Below are positions 28,148 to 37,124 of a stretch of 64,000 nucleotides of DNA, piece after piece (positions within the stretch are counted from its first letter, which is position 1; each line of letters begins with the position of its first letter). The notes below the pieces were generated by a model, which had not been told where the DNA came from, searched no databases, and was given only the letters and a program-made list of their open reading frames with translations. The position numbers and the translations under genes are program-made. Source of the DNA: Myxococcota bacterium (GTDB taxonomy: Bacteria; Myxococcota_A; UBA796; UBA2385); assembly GCA_044344255.1 (NCBI GenBank), contig JBIJDH010000003.1:352001-416000 (forward strand), read 5' to 3'.

Positions 28148-29802
28148 CCGTCGCCTGGCCCCTCCTGGTCGCCGTCGCCCACGCTGGGGTCGTCTCTGGA
28201 GTCGCCCGTGACCTCGACGCGGCCTATGCGCCGCGACGGGTCGCCGTGGTCGTGGGCGTGCAGGACTACGCGGACCCTGCGCTGCAGGGGCTCCGTTTCC
28301 CCACGAAGGACGCGCTCGACCTCGGGCGTGTCCTGCAAGACCCCGCCGTGGGGGCCTTTGACCGCGTCTTCGTCATCGAGGGGCAGCAGGCGACCACCGC
28401 CGAGGGCATCCGGCGGGCGATCGCCATAGCGACGGCGGACCTGCAGCGGGATGACACCTTCCTCCTCTACCTGTCCGGGCACGGCACGCTCAGCCTCGAC
28501 GCCCGCGAGGGGAGCCGCCTCTGGTTCCTCCCCAGCGATGGCCTCCTCGATGATCCCGATCACACCGGCATCTCCATCGCCTCCCTCGAGGAGCAGCTGG
28601 GAGAGCTCGTCGCGCGTCGTCGGGTCCTCATCCTCGACACCTGCCACAACGGCCGGATGGCCGGCGGTCGGCCGGAGGCGGGGCGGGCGGGCTCGGGCGG
28701 CCTGGTCGGTCGGGCGGCCTTGAACAGCGCCACGGCGCAGCTCGTCGCCGGGCTGCGGGGGGAGCCCCCGGCGCCGCGGGCGCTGCGCGAGGTCGCCGAG
28801 AGCGAGGCGCGGCTCTTCGCCGCCCAGGTCCACCAGCCGGCCATGGAGGACCCCGCCCTCGAGAACGGCGTCTACACGCACTACCTCATCGAGGCTCTCA
28901 CCGGGGAGCGGGGCAGCGCGGACCTCGACCGCGACGGCCTCGTCGACGTGACCGAGGCCCATGACTGGGCCCGCGACCACACCATCACCCGCACGGCGGG
29001 GATCCAGGTCCCCCGGGCGGAGTACCGGATCGTGGGTCGGGAGGAGATATACCTCTCGGGCGATCCCCAGCGGCGTTCCCGCGCCGAGCAGGCCCTGTTG
29101 GCCGCCTGCGATGAGCTCCTCGCCGGCGCGAAGCTGCTCGTGGACGGCATCCCCCGCGGCGCGGTCATGGGCCTCACCCCCGTCGAGCCGGGGCGCCATC
29201 TGATCGAGCTCCAAGACGCCGATGGCCGCAGCATCGCGCGCGGACGGGTCGATCTGGAGGCCGGCAACACCTGGTCGGTGGAGAACCTGCTGCGGGACGA
29301 TCGGGCCGCGCGGCCCTATGTCGCGCTCGGCGCGATGGTCCGCCACGGGGAGGGAGAGGGGGCCTTCCACCCCTACTCAGGGGAGCTGGAGCTGGGCCTG
29401 CTGGATCCCTCCGCGGGCGCCCGCTGGGGCTCGGGTGTCCACCTCCGCGTCTCGGGCATGGAGGGGCCCATCGCCGAGCAGCCCATCGCGGCGAAGGCGG
29501 GGCTGCCGGTCTTCACGGGGGAGCTCGGCCTCGGCGGCATGGTCGGCTGGCGCTGGGGCGGCCTGCACCTCGGCCCGGAGGCCGAGCTGCTCGTCCCTGT
29601 GCGCGCCTTCACGAATGAGACAGGCGCCCATCGGCAAGCGACCCTCACTGGCGCCCTCGGGGCCCGCGCCGCCTGGGTCCTGCCCGTGGGGGAGCGCGGT
29701 CTGCTGGTCCGCTACGACGCTCGTTACGCCCCCTTCGAGCACGACACGAGCTGGACCAGCCTGTGGCACCATGGTCTGGCGGTGGGCATCGCCGCCCGCT
29801 GA
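28144..29802 (+). CDS. Secreted caspase-family (C14) protease with PEGA-like and C-terminal beta-barrel-like regions
   Basis: ATGA overlap; signal peptide; RRVAVVVGVQDY, YLSGHG (His), ILDTCH (Cys), GVYTHYL, ADLDRDGLVDV, LLVDG..PGRH, WHHGLAVGI. Confidence 0.88.
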   Translation: MTVAWPLLVAVAHAGVVSGVARDLDAAYAPRRVAVVVGVQDYADPALQGLRFPTKDALDLGRVLQDPAVGAFDRVFVIEGQQATTAEGIRRAIAIATADLQRDDTFLLYLSGHGTLSLDAREGSRLWFLPSDGLLDDPDHTGISIASLEEQLGELVARRRVLILDTCHNGRMAGGRPEAGRAGSGGLVGRAALNSATAQLVAGLRGEPPAPRALREVAESEARLFAAQVHQPAMEDPALENGVYTHYLIEALTGERGSADLDRDGLVDVTEAHDWARDHTITRTAGIQVPRAEYRIVGREEIYLSGDPQRRSRAEQALLAACDELLAGAKLLVDGIPRGAVMGLTPVEPGRHLIELQDADGRSIARGRVDLEAGNTWSVENLLRDDRAARPYVALGAMVRHGEGEGAFHPYSGELELGLLDPSAGARWGSGVHLRVSGMEGPIAEQPIAAKAGLPVFTGELGLGGMVGWRWGGLHLGPEAELLVPVRAFTNETGAHRQATLTGALGARAAWVLPVGERGLLVRYDARYAPFEHDTSWTSLWHHGLAVGIAAR

Positions 29803-29991
29803 CGCCTCGAGGGTCCCCTGCGCCAGATCGCGCCGCATCATCTCCGCTCCCCGCGAGGGTCTGGTCGCCTCACTCGGCCCGGCCTGCTTGGGGTCGGCCT
29901 GTTTCTGGTCGGCCTGTGCGGCGCCTGTGAGCCCCTCCTCTCCGCGCGGGGCACTGGCGGCGGCGACGACCGCCTCGCAGGCGAGGGTCTG

Positions 29992-31428
29992 TTGGTCATC
30001 AGCCCGGCGGAGCTCGACTTCGGCGCCTTGTCGGTGGCGGCAGACGGGCCGGGTGTGCGGAGCTTCACCGTCACGAACGCGGGCGGCTCCAGCCTCACCG
30101 TGCACGGCCACGACGAGGTGATCGACCTCACGGACGGGGCCAGCGAGGTCTTTACGGTGGACGCAGAGCCGTACTTTGAGCTCGAGCCCGGGGAAGCTCG
30201 CCGCCTCGACGTGACCTTCACGGCGCCGACCGAGGGGAGCTGGGCGGGGCAGCTCCGCGTCAACTACGGGGTGGAGACGGTGGAGCTCAGCGGCAGCGGG
30301 CGCGCGCCGGTGCTGAGCGTGGGGGCGGTCCAGGTGCCGACGACGCCGATCGGCTGCACCGCCGCCTTCACCCTGGCCTTGGAGGGCGTCGGCTCGGAGC
30401 CCCTGACGGTGACCGACCTTGCGCTCGCCGACGATGGCGACTTCAGCCTGCTGAGCGACTCGATCGAGGCGCCCCTCTCCTTGCTCTTCCACCCCGCCTG
30501 GTCGAGCGCGGGGGGAGGGGCCCGAGAGACGACGCTCAGCTTCTTCACGAACGATCCGCTGCGGCCCCGGGTGACGGTCCCCCTCCGGGGCTTCAGCTAT
30601 GAGGGGGAGATGGTGGAGGAGCGCTTTGTCTACGCGCCGGGGGTGTCGGTCGATCTGCTCGTGCTGGCCGACACGGATGGGGTGATGGGCGCCTACCTCG
30701 ACGAAGGGCAGCGGGCGACCGACGCCCTCGCCGCCGCCTACGAGGCCGCGGCCGCGGACGTGCACCTCGCGGTCAGCACCGGCCTGTCGAGCTGTCCCCC
30801 GGACCGCACCGACAGCCTCGCGGACCTCTCGAGCACGCTCGAGCGGGGCCTCGAGGGGGCCGCCGGTCCGGGGGGCGGCGCGCTCCTCGCCGCCGCGGCG
30901 GAGAGCCTCGCCAACGACGTGCCCGGCGGCTGCCTCGAGGGTTTCCTCCGCGACAACACACAGCTCCACGTGCTGGTGCTCGCCGGCGGCCCCGATGGGA
31001 GCGGGCTCAGCGCCGAGGCCTCCCTCGCCGCCCTGGTCGATGCGGCGCCGCAGGCGACCGAGGTCGTGGTGAGCGCCTTCATCCCCACCGAGGCCTCGGC
31101 CTGCGGCGGGCTCCAATACGGGGCGGGCTACGCCGAGGCTGCCCTCCGCAGCGGCGGCGTCCTCGAGGACCTCTGCGGCGGCGACTGGAGCGGCCTCTTC
31201 GACGCGGTGGCGCAGGTCACCTCGCGGACGGCGGCCGGCAGCCTCCTCCATCCCCTCCGCGAGCCGCCCCTGCCTGAGTCGATCACGGTGGAGGTGGACG
31301 GCCTCAGCTTCACCGACTGGACCTACGACGAAGCGACCCAGAGCCTCAGCTTCACCGCGGCCGCCGCGCCGGAGGCCGGCGCCATCGTGGAGGTCCACTA
31401 CATGGCGCGGGCGGCCTGCGAGGGGTGA
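29992..31428 (+). CDS. Secreted protein with Ig-like (choice-of-anchor D/ASH-like) domains and a degenerate VWA-like domain; true start probably upstream
   Basis: SPAELDFG..FTVTNAG, TNDP, GFLRD..LHVLVL, ITVEVDG..WTYD; unannotated in-frame signal peptide at 29881-29928. Confidence 0.75.
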   Translation: MVISPAELDFGALSVAADGPGVRSFTVTNAGGSSLTVHGHDEVIDLTDGASEVFTVDAEPYFELEPGEARRLDVTFTAPTEGSWAGQLRVNYGVETVELSGSGRAPVLSVGAVQVPTTPIGCTAAFTLALEGVGSEPLTVTDLALADDGDFSLLSDSIEAPLSLLFHPAWSSAGGGARETTLSFFTNDPLRPRVTVPLRGFSYEGEMVEERFVYAPGVSVDLLVLADTDGVMGAYLDEGQRATDALAAAYEAAAADVHLAVSTGLSSCPPDRTDSLADLSSTLERGLEGAAGPGGGALLAAAAESLANDVPGGCLEGFLRDNTQLHVLVLAGGPDGSGLSAEASLAALVDAAPQATEVVVSAFIPTEASACGGLQYGAGYAEAALRSGGVLEDLCGGDWSGLFDAVAQVTSRTAAGSLLHPLREPPLPESITVEVDGLSFTDWTYDEATQSLSFTAAAAPEAGAIVEVHYMARAACEG

Positions 31429-31459
31429 GGCGAGGGGTGAGGCGGGCCGTGGCCGCGGC

Positions 31460-32104
31460 TCAGTGGTCGACCGTCTCGCACCAGATGGGGTTCGTGCTGG
31501 GCTGGAGCGTGATCGATCCCCCCAGCCCGTCGGAGAGGGTGGCCGCGGAGAACTCGCCCCAGGCTTGCCAGGTGTCGGCGTCGGCCTCCTCGATGGTCAC
31601 CACCACCGCGTCTCCGGCCGCGGCGTCGGAGTAGAAGTAGGAGGCCGATCCGCCGGCCTCCTCCTGCAGCTTGACCCGAGCGGTGCTGCTCGTGTTGTCA
31701 TAGACCCCGGGCCCCTCGAAGATGCCGAGGAGCTCGACGACCAGCACGAAGACGTGCGTGCCCGAGTCCGTGCGCCAGAACTGGCGAAAGTTCGTGGTGC
31801 CGCTCGGCCACTGACAGGCGGAGACATTGAAGCCGAGATCGGCGTTCAGCGCCCCGGTGACGTGGAGGGTGAAGGGGATGGGGCTCGGCGGGAGCCCGCT
31901 GTCCTCTCCACCCCCGGAGTCCGTTCCGCCGTCTGTGCCGTCTGTGCCGTCTGTGCCGTCTGTGCCGTCGGCGCCGTCCGCTCCGTCACCTCCGCTGTCC
32001 CCGCTGCTGCCCCCCGCCTTCTCGGGCGAGCAGGCGACCAGCAGGCAGAGGAGCCCTGTCGCGAGGAGGGGGGCCGGGCCGGGGAGGCGGAGCGTCCGGA
32101 TCAT
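31460..32104 (-). CDS. Hypothetical lipoprotein with DG(A/T) repeat linker
   Basis: LLVAC lipobox; ATGA overlap with the phosphatase gene. Confidence 0.75.
   Translation of the reverse strand: MIRTLRLPGPAPLLATGLLCLLVACSPEKAGGSSGDSGGDGADGADGTDGTDGTDGTDGGTDSGGGEDSGLPPSPIPFTLHVTGALNADLGFNVSACQWPSGTTNFRQFWRTDSGTHVFVLVVELLGIFEGPGVYDNTSSTARVKLQEEAGGSASYFYSDAAAGDAVVVTIEEADADTWQAWGEFSAATLSDGLGGSITLQPSTNPIWCETVDH
31928..31981 (-). repeat. 9-bp coding tandem repeat (DGT/DGA)
   Basis: GCCGTCTGT x4 plus two degenerate units. Confidence 0.9.
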
Positions 32105-34083
32105 TCGATCACCACGGGGGGGCTGAGGAGGGCGCCGCTCGCGTCGATGTCGGCTTGAACGACGGCCTCGAGCGTCAGGGTGCCCGATCCCACGCCGGCG
32201 CTGCTCGCGAGCGGGGGGAGGGCCTGGTTGCTGGCGTAGAAGGGGGTGTCATCGACGAGGATGACGCTGATCGCGATCGAGAGGCCCGCGGTAGGCAGGC
32301 CCTCCGGGTAGAGCGAGGTCCAGGGCAGCAGCGCCTCGAAGCCCCCCTCCGTAGTGCCCGTGGGGGCGCTGTCTCGGGCGGGCCCGTACAGCGTGGAGCG
32401 ATTGCCGTCGTCGAAGTTGGTCATGGCGAGCATCCACCACATGTCCTCCGGCGCGCCGAAGCGGTCGTTGAAGCCGCGGATCCCTGCGTATTCGTTGAGC
32501 TCGCCGTGGTTGATCTCGTAGCCCTGGAGCTCGACCGCGGCGAGATCGAAGCCCACACCGGGGACCGAGACCTCGAGGTTCAGGCCGCCGAGCAGGGTGT
32601 CGGTGACGCCATAGGGGTCGATGAGGGCAAAGTCATCAGCGCCGAGGCCGGTGGAGGCGCCGTAGTCCATGTCGACCAGCACGAGCGCCGCGTTGTTGCC
32701 CATGGCGAAGACGCCGTCCACGCCGACCCGGATGCCGTCCTCGTCGGAGAGCAGGTAGAGGGCGTCGAGCTGGTTGTAGCCGGCGCCGAAGTCGGTGTCC
32801 CAGGTCTGGACCGAGACCGGCGCGCCGAGGTCGCCCATCCAGCCGTCGACCACGGCGGGCACCTCGGGGGGCGCGAACTCGAGCTCGTCGATGGCGGCGC
32901 GGAGGACCTGGTTCACCCAGAGGTCGTCTTCGCGAACCCCATCGAAGACGGTCGCCCGGGCGCCCCAGCCGAAGACCGGGACGTCGGCGTTGGTGTGCTT
33001 GCCCCAGCGCCACCGCGTCTCGGGGATGGTGCCCGCCGCGACCACGCCGGCGTCGGTCACCTCGAGGCCGCCGCACTCGTGGTCGGCGGTGACGAGCACG
33101 GTCACGTTGTCGTGCAGCGCCGCGAAGGCGAGGACGGCGGCGATGGCGTCGTCGAAGGCCGCCGTCTCGGGGTGGACGTTGGAGCTGAGGTTCGAGTGAG
33201 AGGCGTGGTCGATGCGCGCCCCCTCGACCATCAGGAAGAAGCCCTCAGGGTCGTCGTCGAGGCGGTCGAGGGCGGTGGTGGTCATCTCCACCAGCGAGGG
33301 GGTGAGGAGCGGGTCCTCCACGACGAAGGGCATCTCCCGGGCGGCGAAGAGGCCGACCAGCGGCTTGTCTTCGCTCGGGGCGGCGAGGAGCTCGTCGCGG
33401 GTGGTGACGAGGGTGACGGCGGTGGGGTCGATGAGGGGCGACATCACCGTGAAGCCTCCGCCGAGCAGCACCGTGGGCAGGACCTCGGTGATGGCGGTGG
33501 AGATGGCCTCGTCCTCGTAGCGGTCTTCGAGGTGGACCAGGAAGGCGGAGGGCGTGGCGCCGTAGAGCTTGTCGCGGGTGACCACGCCGGTGGCCATTCC
33601 GCGGCTGAGGGCGGCCTCGGTGAGGTTGGGGGCGGCGAACCCGTCCTTGTCGAGGCCGAGGCGGCCGTTCCAGGTCTTCTCGCCGCAGGCCATCGCGGTG
33701 CCGGCGGCGGCGGAGTCGGTGGTGCCGGTGAGCGAGGCCGTGCGCACCCGCCCCTGGTAGGGCATGGTCTCCATCGCGAGGGAGCCGGCGGCGCCGTTCT
33801 TGTAGATGCCGCCGCCCTTGACGTGCTCGAAGCCCATGCCATCGCCGATCATCAGGATGACCATCGGCGGCTCGGTGGGCTCGGGCCACACGATCTCTCC
33901 GGTGTCTCCTGCGGAGTCCCCCCCGTCGGCGCCGTCGGCCCCGTCGGCGCCGTCCGTCCCATCGGCGCCGTCAGCCCCCTCATCGCCGCCACCGTCGGCG
34001 GGACTGGAGGACTCCGGAGGCGCGGCGGGCGGCTTCGGGTCGCAGGCGAGGAGCAGGACGCAGAACAGGGAGGTCGGGCGCAT
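32101..34083 (-). CDS. phoA: Alkaline phosphatase (PhoA family) lipoprotein with an extra C-terminal domain
   Basis: LLAC lipobox; IGDGMG, TDSAAAGTA, ATPSAF, VEGARIDHASH, VTADHECGG, HT..DVP. Confidence 0.92.
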   Translation of the reverse strand: MRPTSLFCVLLLACDPKPPAAPPESSSPADGGGDEGADGADGTDGADGADGADGGDSAGDTGEIVWPEPTEPPMVILMIGDGMGFEHVKGGGIYKNGAAGSLAMETMPYQGRVRTASLTGTTDSAAAGTAMACGEKTWNGRLGLDKDGFAAPNLTEAALSRGMATGVVTRDKLYGATPSAFLVHLEDRYEDEAISTAITEVLPTVLLGGGFTVMSPLIDPTAVTLVTTRDELLAAPSEDKPLVGLFAAREMPFVVEDPLLTPSLVEMTTTALDRLDDDPEGFFLMVEGARIDHASHSNLSSNVHPETAAFDDAIAAVLAFAALHDNVTVLVTADHECGGLEVTDAGVVAAGTIPETRWRWGKHTNADVPVFGWGARATVFDGVREDDLWVNQVLRAAIDELEFAPPEVPAVVDGWMGDLGAPVSVQTWDTDFGAGYNQLDALYLLSDEDGIRVGVDGVFAMGNNAALVLVDMDYGASTGLGADDFALIDPYGVTDTLLGGLNLEVSVPGVGFDLAAVELQGYEINHGELNEYAGIRGFNDRFGAPEDMWWMLAMTNFDDGNRSTLYGPARDSAPTGTTEGGFEALLPWTSLYPEGLPTAGLSIAISVILVDDTPFYASNQALPPLASSAGVGSGTLTLEAVVQADIDASGALLSPPVVIE

Positions 34084-34189
34084 GGCGGCAGTGTAGCGCA
34101 GGCCCCGACTCTCCGTGGCGGTCTGTCACAGCCCCGTGCTACGGTCGTCACACGGACGGCGGTGGGTGGGCGCCCATCTCGGAGGCCTC

Positions 34190-35005
34190 ATGCTCGCACG
34201 ATCTTCAATTTCGACTTGTCTCGGTCTGACGCTGCTCCCCCTCTCCGTCGCCTGCTCCTTCGACACCGGGAAGAGCCAGTTCTGTGATCGAGAGGTGCTC
34301 ATCGACGGCAAGGTGGCCGGAAAGTCGGTGAACTACGAGGACTATGAGGTCCAGTCGGTGTTCTTCAACACCAGCTTCGAAGAGGACGCGCTGCGAGAGG
34401 CCGACGCCATCGACCGCGAGGTGATGGCCGAGCTCGGGCTCGACCCCGATGATCCGGAGGACCTCGCGCGCTATCGGTACTTCACCGAGGCCTACGATCT
34501 GCGCTTCCTCTTCATCGAGCAGCTCGACAGCACGGATTACGGCTCCCTCGGCGCCTCGATCGGCCGCGACCTGGGCATCTACTATTTCGACCTCGCCGCC
34601 TCCGGGATCCAGCCGGACACGGCGATCACCGTGATGGACGCCTCTGGTGTCGCCGTCGCGCGTGAGTCGGGAGACACCGACGCCCTCGGAGCCGAGCTGC
34701 GAAGCGTGATCGACGAGATGCGCGAGAACGGTCACCCTGACCTCATCGTCGCCTTTGATCCCGACCGCTCCGACGAGGGGCAGGCACAGGCCTCGTTGAT
34801 CGACCTCTTCGGCGAGAGCGCCGAATTTGCTGACTCGGGGAAGGGGCTGTTCAACGGCGTTTTGGACAGCGCGGGGAACGAGCTCGACGCGCTGACCTAC
34901 CCCGTCGCTGACCTCGACAGCATGAGCACGCAGGTCGACGTGACCTTCGGCGAGCAGGTCGTGTCTATCGACGCCACCTGCGTGGTCGTCAACGTCAGCG
35001 GTTGA
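34190..35005 (+). CDS. Hypothetical acidic lipoprotein
   Basis: GGAGG at 34181, ATG 34190, LSVAC lipobox. Confidence 0.7.
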   Translation: MLARSSISTCLGLTLLPLSVACSFDTGKSQFCDREVLIDGKVAGKSVNYEDYEVQSVFFNTSFEEDALREADAIDREVMAELGLDPDDPEDLARYRYFTEAYDLRFLFIEQLDSTDYGSLGASIGRDLGIYYFDLAASGIQPDTAITVMDASGVAVARESGDTDALGAELRSVIDEMRENGHPDLIVAFDPDRSDEGQAQASLIDLFGESAEFADSGKGLFNGVLDSAGNELDALTYPVADLDSMSTQVDVTFGEQVVSIDATCVVVNVSG

Positions 35006-35063
35006 GCGCGCCGGGTCGGGCGCGGAGGTGCGTGGCGCCGACCCTCGCCGTCCGTTCTCGTCT

Positions 35064-37124
35064 TCAGTGGCGCTCCGCCGGACACGCGGCCGCCCAGGCC
35101 TGCCTCGCCGCGGGCGCCGCTTGCGTCTCCTCCTCGAGGAGCGCGGCGTCTTCGGCCTCGCAGCCCACCCGGATGGCCCAGGTCTTGCCCACGCCGGCCC
35201 AGTAGGCGGCGCCGCGCTCCGGGGCAGTGCCCAGGCAGGCCCCCGCCAGCGCGGCGCGGGCCTCAGCGTCCGGGGGGCCTTTGGGAGGGCGGGCGACGTC
35301 CCGCCAGGAGCGGACGCCGGTGCGGCCCTCCACCCAGGCTACACCGCGGGCGACGCAGACCCCGAGGAACAGCCGCTCATCGAGGTTCCCATCGGGTCGG
35401 CCTGGGTCTTCGCTGGCGGGCCAGGCGTTGGCCACCGAGGCCCCCGCCGCGGCGCCCACCGCCGCTGCGAGGGCGGGGCTCTGCGTCGAGAGGGCGTCGA
35501 GGCGCGTGACCGTGTCTCCGCGCAGCTTGTCGTCGGGGAGGACGAGCGCGCGGCTGATGCCGAGGGCGAGCTGATCGGCGGCTCCTGGGGTGTCGGTGAG
35601 CGCCAGCGCGGGCGGGACGTAGGCGTCGAGGCGCTGGCCGACCTCGCCGTCGAGGCCGATGCCGATGCGCCGGCCGAGCTCGAAGACGTGGGAGAGGCGG
35701 CAGTCGGGGAGCGGGTCCTGATGGGCGCTGATCCAGCGGCGAGCGGCCTCGACGTCCACGGGGCGCCCTTGGCCGCGGAGCATGCGCTGGAGCGGCTCTC
35801 CGGGGGGCACGGTGAGGTCTGCCCAGCCGCCGTGCCGGAAGACGCGGAGGTCGACCAGCGCGGGGCGCGGCCCCTCCCATTGGCTGAGGCGGAGGCCTAC
35901 TCCGACGCAGATCAGGGCGGCGAGGGCGGCGAGGGCGCCTCGACGGAGCCGCTCGGGGAGGGCCCGCTCGCCCCCGCCGAGGCGCGGCAGCAGCAGCGCG
36001 GCGCCCAGCGCGAGGATCGGGAAGAGGGGAATCCGGTAGCGAAGGTTGAAGCTGGGGTCTTCGTAGAGGTCGGGGAGGTTGGACCAGAGGTCGTAGCGGG
36101 TGACATAGGCCCCGAGCAGCCCGAGGAGGGCGAGGGGGGTGTAGAGGGCGGCGAGCCGCGCCGCGGCGCTCTGGCGGGAGGGGCCGGGCGGCTCGGCGGC
36201 GGGCGAGCGGAGGCCCCGGAGGGTCAGGGCCATGCCGAGGAGCCCGAGGCCCCAGAGGCCGAGCCAGTAGAGGTCGGGGATCGGCCGCGGCACGGCATAC
36301 TCGGCGTCCAGCCAGAGGCCGGCGCGGAGGTAGTCGCCGAACAGCCAGTCGAGCAGCGCGCCCGGCGGAGACAGGTGGAGCTGGCCGATCCAGTCGGCAG
36401 AGTAGTCCGCCGCCGGCGCGCGATCACGGTGGTACAGCCACCAGGGCAGCAGCCCGCCTGCGAGGCCGCAGAGGAAGAGCGGGGAGAGGGCTCTGCCGGC
36501 GAGGAGCGCGAGGAGGAGGAGCGCGGGGAGCGCGTGACCGCTGGTGTGGCAGTACCAGAGGCCGAGGCCGGCGGTGGCGCCCGCGACGAGCATCAACGGC
36601 GCCCGCGCGAGCCCGCCGCGCCCGGCCGCGGCGCAGAGGAGCAGCGCCGCGAGCAGGGGAAAGGCCATCGACTCGGCGTGGTTGCCCCAGCCGGTGAGGG
36701 CGAGGTCGCGGTAATAGCCGGGCGCGGCGACGATCAGGGCGACGAAGAGCGCGCCGGCCGCCGAGCGACGGGTCGGGGCGGCGAGGCCGACCAGGGCGGC
36801 GCCAGCGGCCACGATCACGGCGTGAAAGGTGAGCGGGACGAGCTTCCAGACGAGGACGGTGGGGCCGAAGGCGCGAAAGAGCGGGGCGCTCATCAGGCCC
36901 TCCGCCGTGCAGCCCCCGCAGAAGGTCCGGTATTGGAGGTTGCCTGCGGCCTCGACGTGCCCGCAGGCGAAGTGGACGCCGCCGCGCGCGTTGAACAGCT
37001 CCTCCCAATGGAGCCGCCCCCAGGGCCCGAGGGTCATGTCACCGAGGCAGAGCAGGAGCTCCAAGAGGACGAGCGCGGCCACGCGGCGCGGGGTCCACCA
37101 GCCGGAGCGCGGGGGCGCGGTCAT
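35064..37124 (-). CDS. Polytopic membrane protein, GT-C (ArnT/PMT-like) candidate
   Basis: About 11-13 TM helices; HWEELFNA after TM1; YRTFCGGCT; GWGNHAES; paralog of the next gene. Confidence 0.6.
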   Translation of the reverse strand: MTAPPRSGWWTPRRVAALVLLELLLCLGDMTLGPWGRLHWEELFNARGGVHFACGHVEAAGNLQYRTFCGGCTAEGLMSAPLFRAFGPTVLVWKLVPLTFHAVIVAAGAALVGLAAPTRRSAAGALFVALIVAAPGYYRDLALTGWGNHAESMAFPLLAALLLCAAAGRGGLARAPLMLVAGATAGLGLWYCHTSGHALPALLLLALLAGRALSPLFLCGLAGGLLPWWLYHRDRAPAADYSADWIGQLHLSPPGALLDWLFGDYLRAGLWLDAEYAVPRPIPDLYWLGLWGLGLLGMALTLRGLRSPAAEPPGPSRQSAAARLAALYTPLALLGLLGAYVTRYDLWSNLPDLYEDPSFNLRYRIPLFPILALGAALLLPRLGGGERALPERLRRGALAALAALICVGVGLRLSQWEGPRPALVDLRVFRHGGWADLTVPPGEPLQRMLRGQGRPVDVEAARRWISAHQDPLPDCRLSHVFELGRRIGIGLDGEVGQRLDAYVPPALALTDTPGAADQLALGISRALVLPDDKLRGDTVTRLDALSTQSPALAAAVGAAAGASVANAWPASEDPGRPDGNLDERLFLGVCVARGVAWVEGRTGVRSWRDVARPPKGPPDAEARAALAGACLGTAPERGAAYWAGVGKTWAIRVGCEAEDAALLEEETQAAPAARQAWAAACPAERH

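Noticed and set aside
28144..29802. Caspase as an anti-phage or cell-death effector
   Set aside because: It has a signal peptide and sigma/anti-sigma context; no gasdermin, NLR, TIR or cas neighbours
10526..34083. Phosphate-scavenging regulon (OPA transporter, OB-repeat protein, PhoA)
   Set aside because: Genes are scattered and no Pho box was recognised
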